This document shows, in pieces, positions 1-10,246 of a DNA stretch of 64,000 nt. The stretch is from a virus, in IMG/VR virus record IMGVR_UViG_3300042549_004948, positions 98,470-162,469 of that record; one strand, given 5' to 3'. The first letter of the stretch is position 1, and each line of letters starts with the position of its first letter. The notes under the pieces are model-generated. The model searched no databases and had not been told where the DNA came from. It saw nothing but the letters and a program-made list of their open reading frames with translations. A program made the position numbers and the translations under genes.

Positions 1-380
1 TCGTCTTCCAACATTTCTGTAAGTCTTGAAGTAGTAATGGTGTCAATATCTATAATAATTAACTTATCTGCTTTATAATACTGTGCTGCTGCTAGAGCTA
101 AGATTAGTTTCTGTACAACAGCGCTATTAACGAACTTGATATCACCAAAAAGCTTAAAGTACTCCTCTAAGTTATTATCATCAATAAAAATAGTCTCTAC
201 GTCTGGATGCCATTTTTTAAAGCTAGCTACTGCACATTTTGCATACTCATCGTATCTACTTTGATCGTTCCCGTAAAGTAACCCCAACTCTGTATACTCT
301 TTTACCTCTTGTACTCGGTCCATAAACTTTTCCGTAGTAACATTGCTAAATACTGCTAAAGTCTTTTTTCTTTCTAACAT
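1..380 (-). CDS. GT-A fold glycosyltransferase, partial (runs off left edge; not in ORF track)
   Basis: ATG at 380 reads MLERKKTLAVFS...CAVASFKKWHPD...KLIIIDIDTITTSRL with a DxD motif; open to position 1; directly downstream of glf. Confidence 0.6.
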   Translation of the reverse strand, partial: MLERKKTLAVFSNVTTEKFMDRVQEVKEYTELGLLYGNDQSRYDEYAKCAVASFKKWHPDVETIFIDDNNLEEYFKLFGDIKFVNSAVVQKLILALAAAQYYKADKLIIIDIDTITTSRLTEMLED

Positions 381-381
381 A

Positions 382-1491
382 TTATTTATTGTTTATTTTA
401 TCTACAAAGTTTAAAGCGGAGTCTATAACTTGATGCATATCGTAGTACTTATACTCTGCTAGTCTACCTCCAAAAATAACATTTTTTTCTTTATCTGCCA
501 ACTGCTTATACTTTAAGTATTTAGTATTATTTTCTAAATCGTTTACAGGGTACATTGGCTCTGTTTCTTCTGGTTTATACTCTGTGGGATATTCCCAAGT
601 TAGGTAAGTCTTATCTGATTCTGTATTTTCGAAATGTTTATGTTCTATTACTCTTGTATGAGATGATTCACTATCGGTATAGTTCATTACAGCTGTTCCT
701 TGATAATTTCTATCATCAAGTATATGATGCTCAAATCTAGTAGTCTTATATTCTAAATCTCCGAACTTGTACTTATAAAAAGTATCTATAGGTCCTGTAT
801 AGATTACTGTATCGTATTCAAAATCAAACTCACTAGTAAAGTAATCATAATCTAATCGCACGTCTACTCCTTCTAACAGCTTTTCAAATATTTGAGTATA
901 CCCTCCTATCGGAATGCCTTGATACTTATCGTTAAAGTAGTTATTATCATAGTTAAAGCGAACTGGAAGGCGTTTAATTATTTCTTTAGGAAGTTGGGTG
1001 CAAGGCTTTCTCCATTGTTTTTCTGTATAGCCTTTAATTAATTTTTCGTAAACATCTACTCCAACTAACTTGATAGCTTGTTCTTCTAAGTTAGTAGGCT
1101 CTCCTATATGTTTACTTTGTTGTCTTATACGCATTTCAGCTTGATTAGGATGTGTAACATTCCATAGCTTAGAGAAGGTCCACATATTAAAAGGAAGAGA
1201 GTAAATCTCTCCGTTATAGTTAGCAACTGGTCTATAAGTAAAATTATTAAACTTTACAAACTGGTTAATCCACTTCCATACCTTTTCGTTAGAGGTATGA
1301 AATATATGTGGACCATAAACATGAACGTTAATTCCTTCTACATTTTTTGTATAGCAATTTCCGCCTATGTGATCTCTTTTCTCAATTACTAAGACTTTGT
1401 AGTCTTTTTTAGTTAATTCATGAGCACAAATAGCTCCAAAGAAACCAGCTCCAACTATTAGATAATCATATTTGTTTTCTGATCCACTCAT
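382..1491 (-). CDS. glf: UDP-galactopyranose mutase
   Basis: FAD motif IVGAGFFG, HIGGNCY, HVYGPHIFHT, C-terminal GRLAEYKYYDMHQ. Confidence 0.95.
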   Translation of the reverse strand: MSGSENKYDYLIVGAGFFGAICAHELTKKDYKVLVIEKRDHIGGNCYTKNVEGINVHVYGPHIFHTSNEKVWKWINQFVKFNNFTYRPVANYNGEIYSLPFNMWTFSKLWNVTHPNQAEMRIRQQSKHIGEPTNLEEQAIKLVGVDVYEKLIKGYTEKQWRKPCTQLPKEIIKRLPVRFNYDNNYFNDKYQGIPIGGYTQIFEKLLEGVDVRLDYDYFTSEFDFEYDTVIYTGPIDTFYKYKFGDLEYKTTRFEHHILDDRNYQGTAVMNYTDSESSHTRVIEHKHFENTESDKTYLTWEYPTEYKPEETEPMYPVNDLENNTKYLKYKQLADKEKNVIFGGRLAEYKYYDMHQVIDSALNFVDKINNK

Positions 1492-2488
1492 AAGTATGTA
1501 TTAAACCTTCGTACAATGAGTAATTTGGTACCCAATCTAATTTCTCTTCAATTAATTTATTATCAGAATTCCTACCTCTAACTCCTGTAGGCCCTGGAAT
1601 ATTCTTAATAGTTATTTTCTTACCGCTAATATCTATTGCATATTGAGCTAATTCATTAATAGTAACCATCTCTTCACTTCCAATGTTAACTGGTCCTTCG
1701 AAGTCTGATCTTATTAACTTTAGTACACCTTTAACACACTCATCTACGTATAAAAAGCTTCTAGTCTGCAAACCATCACCCCATACTTCAATCTCACCTC
1801 CCTCTAAAGTTTCTGCAACTTTACGGCATATAGCAGCAGGTGCTTTTTCTTTGCCTCCTTTATATGTACCTTCTGGTCCAAATATATTATGGAATCTAGC
1901 TATACGAACTTCTAAGCCGTAGTTTCTAGCAAATGCTAAGTACAACCTCTCACTAAATAATTTTTCCCATCCATACTCTGAATCTGGATTAGCTGGATAA
2001 GCTGAACTCTCTTCGCAGTTTGGATTCTCAGGATTTAACTGATTATGTTCAGGATACATACAAGCAGATGAGCTATAGAATACACGCTTTACTTTGTGTC
2101 TTACAGCTGCTTCAACAACATTTAAATTAATTGTAGCAGAGTTATGCATTACATTAGCATCATTCTCACCTGTAAAAATATATCCTGCACCACCCATATC
2201 GGCTGCTAATTGATATACTTCATCCCATTGCATATGCTGTATAAACGGACGAGGTGATTGAATAGAGTACTCTAAAGGATATTCTCCGTTATTCGATTCC
2301 AATAGCATAATATTATTTACTACTCTAGGATCTCTTAAGTCGCCAATAACAAAGTCATCAGCTGCTGTTTTAGAAAACTCAGGATACTTTAAGTCTACAC
2401 CGCGAACCCAAAATCCTTCCTCTTTTAATTTTCTTACTAAATGTGAGCCAATGAATCCACCAGCTCCTAATACTAATGCTGTTTTCAT
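1466..2488 (-). CDS. NAD-dependent nucleotide-sugar epimerase (GDP-mannose 3,5-epimerase-like)
   Basis: GAGGFIG, QLAADMGGAGYI, SSACMYP, YGWEK (YxxxK), EKAPAAICRK. Confidence 0.9.
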   Translation of the reverse strand: MKTALVLGAGGFIGSHLVRKLKEEGFWVRGVDLKYPEFSKTAADDFVIGDLRDPRVVNNIMLLESNNGEYPLEYSIQSPRPFIQHMQWDEVYQLAADMGGAGYIFTGENDANVMHNSATINLNVVEAAVRHKVKRVFYSSSACMYPEHNQLNPENPNCEESSAYPANPDSEYGWEKLFSERLYLAFARNYGLEVRIARFHNIFGPEGTYKGGKEKAPAAICRKVAETLEGGEIEVWGDGLQTRSFLYVDECVKGVLKLIRSDFEGPVNIGSEEMVTINELAQYAIDISGKKITIKNIPGPTGVRGRNSDNKLIEEKLDWVPNYSLYEGLIHTYEWIRKQI

Positions 2489-3472
2489 TTATATAAAATT
2501 TAATATTTTAAACATTTTTCTTTTCCAAGAATCTAATGAATACTCCTTATTATAATAGTGTTTTGCATCTTCACTACATCTATGATAAAAGCTTTTATCT
2601 TCAACAAGTCTTTTAGCTAATTGTCTTGCTGACTCTACATCGGCTATGTCCACAGCTAAGTCTTTTTGACACCGCATTTGAGTATCAACTTCTATATTTC
2701 CTATGCATGGTATACCTAAGTAAGAACAGTTTAAAACGAAAGTACCTGCTGCTACTGTTGGCATTAAGTGTACTGCATATTTAAAGGTACTTAATTGCTG
2801 AATCCATTCTGTCCACATTACTCTAGGTAAGGGTAGTATTAATTGATCTTCCAGGATTTTCTTAGCATGAGAAGTTTGTCCCCAAATAGGTACTTGAAAT
2901 TCTTGAGCTACTACGTAGCTTTCAAACCCTCCATACCATCTTGCAAAGTTACCTCCTATGATAGCTTTATCTTCAGGCTTCCATTCTACATTTAGAATAG
3001 TATCTTCTATCATTAAGCTAGGAATAGTTTTAATAGGAGTATTAGGAACTAAACCCGCGTAATACTTTACATCACTATTATTGTGAGCAAATATCATATC
3101 AACTGATGTAAGCATATTATAGAAATGGATCTGGTCTGATATCTCTAGCTCAGTAAACATCCAATGAGGACCTTCCTGTACGTAATATACTTTTTTATTA
3201 TTAGCTTTTAACTTAAGTAGCCAATCACTAGCAAGTAATTGAGAATGAGGATTAGGTATGTCACCTAACTTAACTCCTATAGTACTGTAATTAATTTGTC
3301 CTTTTGGAAAGATGATGAAAACATGATCATATTCCTGAATCTCTGCATAATGGTAAAGATGTCTGTGATCTGCATCTAGTGCATACATCCAAGCAAACTC
3401 TGTCCTCATATTATAATGATCTACAGGAATCTTTCCTTCAAAACCCATCTCAGTTAAAAAAGCTATTTTCAT
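2489..3472 (-). CDS. putative GT-B glycosyltransferase-like protein
   Basis: C-terminal AGTFVLNCSYLGIPCIG resembles the GT-B nucleotide-binding segment; glycosylation-island context. Confidence 0.5.
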   Translation of the reverse strand: MKIAFLTEMGFEGKIPVDHYNMRTEFAWMYALDADHRHLYHYAEIQEYDHVFIIFPKGQINYSTIGVKLGDIPNPHSQLLASDWLLKLKANNKKVYYVQEGPHWMFTELEISDQIHFYNMLTSVDMIFAHNNSDVKYYAGLVPNTPIKTIPSLMIEDTILNVEWKPEDKAIIGGNFARWYGGFESYVVAQEFQVPIWGQTSHAKKILEDQLILPLPRVMWTEWIQQLSTFKYAVHLMPTVAAGTFVLNCSYLGIPCIGNIEVDTQMRCQKDLAVDIADVESARQLAKRLVEDKSFYHRCSEDAKHYYNKEYSLDSWKRKMFKILNFI

Positions 3473-4782
3473 AATCTGTTAATAAATCTATCTAGAATAA
3501 TTTCTATATAATCAATTTTATCTTTATCAATAACCGGAGATGTTCCTAAGAAGAATGTATCTGTTGTAACTTTTCTTGCAACCGGATACTTCGTAAGTAC
3601 TTCTTGTGGATCCATAAGTCCTTCATAAGCGGGTTGAAGCATAATATTACCTGCGAAGTAAGGTCTAGTTTGTACTTTATTTGCTTCAAAGAATTGACAG
3701 ATATCTGATCTTTTGAATGGTGCTCCATCTCTAACTGTTATTGGAAAAGCAAACCAATCAACATCAGCTCCTGGTTGTGCTTCATGTAAATGAAAATATT
3801 GTTTATACTTACTAAAGGCAGCAAATAGATTTTTGTAATTCTCTCTACGCTTTTGTCCTATTTCTTCAAGCTTCTCCATTTGAACTAATGCGATTGATGC
3901 TTGGAGCTCAATAGGTTTCAAATTATAACCTATTTCTTCATAAACATATTTGTGATCAAACAAATCATTTGGCAGCGATGGTAGCCATGTATTGAAGCGA
4001 CAACCGCAAGATCCTTTCTCTAATAGGTTTTGTTTGCCTATACAATAACAGCCTCTACCCCACTCTCTAAAGCTACGAATAATTCTTTCGGTATTCTCAT
4101 CTTTACATGCAACAAAACCACCTTCACCCATAGTCATATGATGTGCTGGATAGAATGAGCAACTTGCTAATTCGCCGAATGATCCTAAAGGTTTTCCTTC
4201 ATAGTATGATCCTAAAGCATCACAACAATCTTCTAATAGGATTAGTTTATACTTCTCAACTATTTCCATCAATCTATTTATATTAGGAGGATTTCCTAAT
4301 ACGTGAGCAAATGTAATTATTTTAACATCTGGATTGTCTATACAAGCTTTTTCTACTTGGTCTAGATCTAAGTTTAATGTTTCTAATTCGATGTCTACAA
4401 ACACAGGAGTAAATCCTACTTGTAAAATAGGATTGATTGTTGTTGGAAAACCTGCGATAGGTGTAATTACTTTTGTGCCTTTAGGAAGATTTAAACCTCT
4501 CTTAGAAGTCAATGCTAACATCATAAGTAAGTTAGCGCTAGATCCTGAATTGGTCAACAGTCCATAATCTTTACCAAACTTCTTTGGGAATTTAGTTTCA
4601 AACTTATTTGCATCAGCACCTAATACAAGCCACTCACTAAGTAAGCTTTTAACTGCTGCTACATATTCTTTAGAATCAAAGTAAGGTCCTGCATACTGTA
4701 CCCAATCTTCACCAGCTTTCCAAGTTTTTTCTTTATGTTTTTCATTAATGAACTTCTCTACTAATTCTAATAGTTCTTTCAT
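3469..4782 (-). CDS. rfbH: CDP-4-keto-6-deoxyglucose 3-dehydrase (RfbH/DdhC, DegT family)
   Basis: NSGSSANLL, EDCCDALG, SFYPAHHMTMGEGG (His in place of the PLP Lys), Cys-rich WGRGCYC...CGCRF, DHKYVY. Confidence 0.88.
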   Translation of the reverse strand: MKELLELVEKFINEKHKEKTWKAGEDWVQYAGPYFDSKEYVAAVKSLLSEWLVLGADANKFETKFPKKFGKDYGLLTNSGSSANLLMMLALTSKRGLNLPKGTKVITPIAGFPTTINPILQVGFTPVFVDIELETLNLDLDQVEKACIDNPDVKIITFAHVLGNPPNINRLMEIVEKYKLILLEDCCDALGSYYEGKPLGSFGELASCSFYPAHHMTMGEGGFVACKDENTERIIRSFREWGRGCYCIGKQNLLEKGSCGCRFNTWLPSLPNDLFDHKYVYEEIGYNLKPIELQASIALVQMEKLEEIGQKRRENYKNLFAAFSKYKQYFHLHEAQPGADVDWFAFPITVRDGAPFKRSDICQFFEANKVQTRPYFAGNIMLQPAYEGLMDPQEVLTKYPVARKVTTDTFFLGTSPVIDKDKIDYIEIILDRFINRL

Positions 4783-4845
4783 AACTATATTATTTGTGAT
4801 CTTTATTAAATATAAAAAATTTTTTGTTTCATTTAAAATTAATCT

Positions 4846-5463
4846 TTATAGTATAGAGTATAATTCATTTTGGTACTCTTGCCTTTTTATAGTTTTATGA
4901 TGAATGATGCAATATTCTTCATCGAAAGGAAAAAATGAATACTTTGTATGCCCGACTAAAACCTCATGAACCTTGTTAGCCCAATTGATCTTGGGTGAGT
5001 TCTGGAGAATTCTTGGTTGTAGGTCTGGAAAATTTACCCAACCTTTCTCATTTACATTCCACTTCCACTGATTTATATGCTCTTTAGTTATTCCTTCTAC
5101 GGTATTTATTCTTGCTAGTAAAAAAACTTCTACAGTAGGATTCTCATTTAGTATCAAGTGTAGATTTTGTATGAACTCTTCTTTGAAGTATTCATCAGCA
5201 TCAATTTGAAATATCCAATCTCCTAAGCAATTCTTTTTAAGATTGTTTTTGAATTGACCAAAGTTTCCTTTCAAAGGATATTCAATAAGCTTGATTTGAT
5301 TTTTAAATTTATCAATTACTTCATAGACTTCCTTGGTAGTATTTCCTAGATCAGCTTGAACTACGATCTCATCCTCAGGTCTTTTATTATTTGCTAATAG
5401 AGTCAATAATCTATTTAATTCCTCATGCTCATAGCATACAGGAATAGCGTATGAAATTTTCAT
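4846..5463 (-). CDS. GT2 family glycosyltransferase
   Basis: ISYAIPVC, GDWIFQIDADE, KVHE motifs. Confidence 0.85.
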   Translation of the reverse strand: MKISYAIPVCYEHEELNRLLTLLANNKRPEDEIVVQADLGNTTKEVYEVIDKFKNQIKLIEYPLKGNFGQFKNNLKKNCLGDWIFQIDADEYFKEEFIQNLHLILNENPTVEVFLLARINTVEGITKEHINQWKWNVNEKGWVNFPDLQPRILQNSPKINWANKVHEVLVGHTKYSFFPFDEEYCIIHHKTIKRQEYQNELYSIL

Positions 5464-5468
5464 AACAT

Positions 5469-5921
5469 TTAGTTTAGTTGCACATCAAAGAATCCAATAT
5501 AGTCACATGCTTCAAAATAATCTTTACCAAAGTTTTGAAGTGTTTTAGAATCTGACTTGGATGTCTTTCCTTTAAACCTAGTGCTTTCTTTTTCCTCTTC
5601 TGTAAGTGAAACAGATTTGATAGCACTCCACTGCCAATCATCTTTAGAAGATCCATTAGCAAACACCGTGCCTTTGCCTTCTAGATTAATGATATGAGGA
5701 TACCAAACTCTTCCTTCTTCGTCTACGTGTTTAATGTCTTTATATAACTCTGGAAGTTCTTTCTCATACTCATTGAAGTCAAATTCACCTTGACGCATTA
5801 AGTCACTTGTTTGAAAACCACAATTAAAACAAACATATGAATTGTGAAATTCATTTATAGGTATTACGTAGCAAGATTCTTGAACCCCACATTTAGGGCA
5901 TGTTATTAAATTATCAGTCAT
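5469..5921 (-). CDS. hypothetical protein with N-terminal Zn ribbon
   Basis: CPKC...CFNC; start moved to MTDNLITC (5921) to avoid a long overlap. Confidence 0.6.
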   Translation of the reverse strand: MTDNLITCPKCGVQESCYVIPINEFHNSYVCFNCGFQTSDLMRQGEFDFNEYEKELPELYKDIKHVDEEGRVWYPHIINLEGKGTVFANGSSKDDWQWSAIKSVSLTEEEKESTRFKGKTSKSDSKTLQNFGKDYFEACDYIGFFDVQLN

Positions 5922-6291
5922 TGAGTTGTTGTTTTTTATTTTTACTTTCTGCACTACTATTTGTATAATATCCAAAACCGTCTGGGTAATTAGTATAATG
6001 CCAAGCTGCCATTTTATCATTCCAGACCATAGATGTATGAGTATTCGAGACTCCTAAAGATCCTGATGTATTTAAAGATCCTGATGTGTTCATAGATCCA
6101 TTTAGTGGTATGTTGCTTATTGGATTAGGTGTATGATACCAATCATCCCAAGCCTCTTTATCTTCGTCATATGAATCTTCTACGCCACTTAGTGCATCTT
6201 TAATTCTATTCCATTGTTTAGGAGTTGCAGTTAAGCCTTCACAAGCTTCTGTAAAACCTTTTAGCCATAATACAAATTCTATACTATTCAT
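5914..6291 (-). CDS. hypothetical protein
   Basis: Packed in operon; contains short GS(M/L)NTS repeats. Confidence 0.6.
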   Translation of the reverse strand: MNSIEFVLWLKGFTEACEGLTATPKQWNRIKDALSGVEDSYDEDKEAWDDWYHTPNPISNIPLNGSMNTSGSLNTSGSLGVSNTHTSMVWNDKMAAWHYTNYPDGFGYYTNSSAESKNKKQQLND

Positions 6292-7613
6292 TACTTATTA
6301 AGTTTTGGAAGTTCTATCTTATTAAGTTTTGGAAGTTCTATCTTCTTAAGTTGCGGAAGTTTTAAAGGCTCTTGTTTAGGAATAACATCTAAATAAGTTC
6401 CTAATAACTTTTTCATTTCTGTAAAACTAAAGTTTGTTTTTGATAAATGAGATTGTCTTTTAGCTAACTCTTGATACTTTTCATATTTTTCGTAGACATC
6501 TTTTAAATAATGTACAGCTTGATTAATATCAGCGCTAAACCATTTAGACTCTGCTAAGATCATATTTGGTACTTGAGCTGATGGATGTACATTTGTTAGT
6601 TGTCCTTGTACTAAACATGTATATTCTTGATTTAAAAAATCAGTATGTCCTGACCAACCTGATACTATGATCGGTTTTTTAGCCATAGTAAATTCAAGTA
6701 GCGGTCTACCAAAGCCTTCACCTTTAGTTAGATTAAACATAGCTTTAACTTTTCCATGATTGTAAAGATCATTAATATCTTTATCATCTAATTCACCGTG
6801 TAATAAGTATATATTAGGAAGATTTCCTGATACTGTTGATTTTATAATGTCTAATTTTCTTAAGATTTCATCTCGATCCATAATACTTGAGCCTGCACCA
6901 GAAGTCTTTATAATAAGAGCTGGTTTATTCTTTTTATCTTTAAATGTTTCTAAGAATGTTTTGATCATAAGAGGGACATTTTTTCTATCCTCTCCCATAT
7001 CTCCTTGTAACCAATGTCCTACAAACAAATAACAGAACTCTTCTTTTATTTCATCAAGAGCAGATACCAATTCAGTGGCTTCTATGTCTTCATCTTCTAT
7101 ATGAAAATACCGATCTAAATCTAATCCTTCAAATAATACTTCAACAGGTTTTTCTAGTTTAACTAACTGAGTTTGTCCTGTTGCGGTATCTTTCTTTTCA
7201 AATTTAGATGATTCGAATACTGACTTTGCATGTTTTGATGATACTAAAGTAAGATTCATTCTATTTACTCCTTCTATCCAAGTAGCATCGCATATAGTAG
7301 TTTCAATACCTGCAGTTATTCCAATATTATGTTTTCCTAGTGGTTGAAATTCATTAGGTACTGTTATTTGAATCCAAATATCCGGTTGTTTAGGAAGTTG
7401 TGCGCCCGCAAATATCATTGGGATCACCCATCCCCAATCAGCTTTATTATCTTTAATATATCCCCAAGGAGTTGATCCCCAACGTTGGCTTATGACAATA
7501 AATTCATATTCTTCTTTTTTCAATTCATGTAGAGCTTTAAAAAAATCTCTAGCTCTAGCACCATAACCTGAGTATGTGTCAATAGGACACGATATTACGC
7601 ACAACTGTTTCAT
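6291..7613 (-). CDS. GT4-like glycosyltransferase
   Basis: SGYGARARD, RKNV, GEGFGRPLLE, SGWSGHTDF. Confidence 0.85.
   Translation of the reverse strand: MKQLCVISCPIDTYSGYGARARDFFKALHELKKEEYEFIVISQRWGSTPWGYIKDNKADWGWVIPMIFAGAQLPKQPDIWIQITVPNEFQPLGKHNIGITAGIETTICDATWIEGVNRMNLTLVSSKHAKSVFESSKFEKKDTATGQTQLVKLEKPVEVLFEGLDLDRYFHIEDEDIEATELVSALDEIKEEFCYLFVGHWLQGDMGEDRKNVPLMIKTFLETFKDKKNKPALIIKTSGAGSSIMDRDEILRKLDIIKSTVSGNLPNIYLLHGELDDKDINDLYNHGKVKAMFNLTKGEGFGRPLLEFTMAKKPIIVSGWSGHTDFLNQEYTCLVQGQLTNVHPSAQVPNMILAESKWFSADINQAVHYLKDVYEKYEKYQELAKRQSHLSKTNFSFTEMKKLLGTYLDVIPKQEPLKLPQLKKIELPKLNKIELPKLNK
6294..6361. repeat. 24-bp tandem repeat (2 perfect + 1 degenerate copy) encoding KIELPKLN
   Basis: cttattaagttttggaagttctat at 6294-6317 and 6318-6341. 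Confidence 0.9.
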
Positions 7614-7614
7614 A

Positions 7615-9057
7615 TTAGTAGATTAATTTATGTAGAATCTTTTTTCTAGGTAGTTTTTCTGTTTTAATTAATTCAAAGTTATTTCTAGGTTTCCATGTAG
7701 CAAAAGTCTCTTCAAATGTGTCAATTACATTTTTACACATTATTCTAGCACTCATCATGGATTCATCTGAAGTTACCCATTCTCTAGCTTTCATCCCTCT
7801 TACATGTCTTTCTTCTGATCCTAGATTGTAAACTTCTTCTATAGCTTTAGCTACGTCTCTAAAATCGCAACGATCATCAAAGATATAAGGAGTCGGAATG
7901 GATCCTACAATACTTAAGTTAGTAGGAAATACTGGTACCGCCCATTCGCCATGTTGTTTATAAGTTCCGTAATGATTAGAACAGAAGTTATCGTTAAAAT
8001 CAATCCACTTGCCATCCTCATCTACAAATCTCATTTGATCTTGCATTCCTCCAGTAACATTAGCTATGATCATCTTACCTGCCATCATTGCTTCAGTTAA
8101 AGAAAGTCCCCATCCTTCATTAGAAGATATTAATGCCGTTACATCTGATATATTATATAACCTATTAACCTCTTCTGTATTAAGTCTTGCTTCGGAGAAG
8201 TATACTTTTTGATATTCAGGATCACATAATAATTCTGAAACTGCTTTTAAGTCTGTACCGTTCTCATCCATAACTTGAGTATGTAAAAGAAGCGCACACT
8301 TGCTTGCTTTTTCTTTTCCTATTTTATCACAGAATACAGCATACGCTGCCACCAAGTCAGAGGTACATTTACGTCTAATGTTTCTTGCATTATAAAATAC
8401 AATAAACTCAGGATCAAAGTTTCCAAATAATTGTTTTTTCTTTTCTTGAGTAAGCCTATTCTCTTCTACCATAAATTCATTGATAGGAAAGAAAGCTTTT
8501 TCATTAATACCATGCGGTACATACTTTAATATCTTATTTTTTGCAGTATCTCCAAGTACCATTCTATTGATATTGAATGTCTGCTTAGATATGGACATTA
8601 ATGCATCGCAAGATTCATAGTAGGATTTATTATATAAGGGAGCCGGTAGATCATCCCAAATATTCAAATAGACAATAGGAACTTTTTTTCTAATTTCATT
8701 TTCCATTTGAAATAACCAAACCCAATAACGAGGATCTGTGAATATCATTATAGCATCAGGCTTCTCCATTTCTAATAGTTGCCTAACTAACTCTGGAGAT
8801 CCATATCCATTTGTAGGGTATAAAAATATAGACGCGTCAGAAATACCTGCTATAGCATTTGTATCTTGAGAAATATCTAATCTCTTTCCTTGTTCTGGGT
8901 GATTTATTGCGCCACCTACATTGACCCAATTAAATCTATGCGCAGTACCTAAAACTATTTCTCTAGCCATTGTAGAAATTCCAGATGTCATTCTAATGTC
9001 ATCACATAGGAGTAGAATTTTTTTTCTTTCCTCTTTTTTGATATAACCATTTACCAT
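7615..9057 (-). CDS. GT4-like glycosyltransferase
   Basis: VPHGIN, RNIRRK, NEGWGLSLTEAM, TGGMQDQ. Confidence 0.85.
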   Translation of the reverse strand: MVNGYIKKEERKKILLLCDDIRMTSGISTMAREIVLGTAHRFNWVNVGGAINHPEQGKRLDISQDTNAIAGISDASIFLYPTNGYGSPELVRQLLEMEKPDAIMIFTDPRYWVWLFQMENEIRKKVPIVYLNIWDDLPAPLYNKSYYESCDALMSISKQTFNINRMVLGDTAKNKILKYVPHGINEKAFFPINEFMVEENRLTQEKKKQLFGNFDPEFIVFYNARNIRRKCTSDLVAAYAVFCDKIGKEKASKCALLLHTQVMDENGTDLKAVSELLCDPEYQKVYFSEARLNTEEVNRLYNISDVTALISSNEGWGLSLTEAMMAGKMIIANVTGGMQDQMRFVDEDGKWIDFNDNFCSNHYGTYKQHGEWAVPVFPTNLSIVGSIPTPYIFDDRCDFRDVAKAIEEVYNLGSEERHVRGMKAREWVTSDESMMSARIMCKNVIDTFEETFATWKPRNNFELIKTEKLPRKKILHKLIY

Positions 9058-9066
9058 ATTTGTAAC

Positions 9067-9285
9067 TTATTTTATTGCTTCAATAATACTAGATCCAGTA
9101 TAATGCGTGTTGTATTGTTCGTGAATAGTCTGTCTAAATTTTGAATCTGTCAAATACATAAACATAGCTCTTTCAACTATATCCTGTAAATTCATTTTAC
9201 TTCTTATAGAAGTCATTTTAAAATCTTCGTATAGTGTCTGCGGTATTTTTACCGAGGTTATTACTCTTTTTGTTTTATTAATCAT
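9067..9285 (-). CDS. ribbon-helix-helix-like small DNA-binding protein
   Basis: ITSVKIPQTLYEDFK strand-helix pattern; start at 9285 follows an ATATTTAT motif. Confidence 0.55.
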   Translation of the reverse strand: MINKTKRVITSVKIPQTLYEDFKMTSIRSKMNLQDIVERAMFMYLTDSKFRQTIHEQYNTHYTGSSIIEAIK

Positions 9286-9340
9286 ATATTTTATAATAAA
9301 TATATAGAAATACAAAATAAATATGTAAATAAAAAATATT

Positions 9341-10246
9341 TTATTTATTTTTATCACATAGTTCTGGCTTATTGGTATAAGGACAGAATTTGCAACTATT
9401 TAAATTTTTAGGGTATACTCTGTCTATTCTATATTTTGCTTTATCTGTAAAACACTCTCTTATAAAACTAGACATATCTTTGACTGCATCTTCTACTTTC
9501 TTTTTACCATTAGCCGGTATAAACTCTTGAACTCTATATGTAGGAAAGTCTGGGCTATTAAATACTTTTCTTTTTACTATAAAGAATTTGACATCTATTT
9601 TGTCTTCAGGAATATTCATTCCTTTAGAATAGAATCTTTTATATAGTAATATCTGATTCAGTTTAGTTTGATCCTTCTTTTCATAATCGGACCAGCCTTT
9701 AGTACTCGTTTTAATATCATAGATGGTATACCTGTCTACAGCTTTCTCATAAATGATAAAGTCAATAGATCCATTCATTAGAATGTTTGGCATGTCATCT
9801 AAAATAGGAAGCAGAATTGGTATTTCTATCCCTACTAACTCAGATGTTTTTCTTGAGAAGTATTTAGCTCTATTCTTTTTAAACCAATCTAGAGTAGCTT
9901 GTCCGTCTGCTAAGAATTCTTTAAGCTCTTCTTTAGTGCTGAAGTGTTCATTTTTATTCTCAGCTATAGACTCTTTATAATTAGCCACTAGTCTTTCTTC
10001 TAGCATCTTATTAAGATCTAAATCATCAGCAGCTTTTCCTGATTTATCATACATTATTTGCAAATACGATTGTATAACTTCGTGCATACTAGTACCGTAA
10101 ATTAAATATATAGACGGTTTAAAACTACTCTCTTTCTTTATATAAGTTAAGTACCATTGATGTTGGCATTGTTTATATATAGAATACTGAGAATAGCTTA
10201 CTGCTTTTTGATAAGCATAATTGATGTCTATTTTTGGTCTTGGCAT
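9341..10246 (-). CDS. PD-(D/E)XK RecB/Cas4-like nuclease (solo)
   Basis: SYSQ..C, YGTSMHE, GSIDF, IYDIKT, QILLY, C-terminal CKFCPY...C. Confidence 0.85.
   Translation of the reverse strand: MPRPKIDINYAYQKAVSYSQYSIYKQCQHQWYLTYIKKESSFKPSIYLIYGTSMHEVIQSYLQIMYDKSGKAADDLDLNKMLEERLVANYKESIAENKNEHFSTKEELKEFLADGQATLDWFKKNRAKYFSRKTSELVGIEIPILLPILDDMPNILMNGSIDFIIYEKAVDRYTIYDIKTSTKGWSDYEKKDQTKLNQILLYKRFYSKGMNIPEDKIDVKFFIVKRKVFNSPDFPTYRVQEFIPANGKKKVEDAVKDMSSFIRECFTDKAKYRIDRVYPKNLNSCKFCPYTNKPELCDKNK

Noticed and set aside
6074-6092. 19-bp match (aaagatcctgatgtgttca) to 42811-42829
   Set aside because: Both encode NTSGS in low-complexity peptide; no evidence of a DGR or mobile element
9341-10246. Cas4-like gene as a sign of CRISPR-Cas
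   Set aside because: No repeat-spacer array or other cas gene was seen; solo Cas4-like nucleases are common in phages
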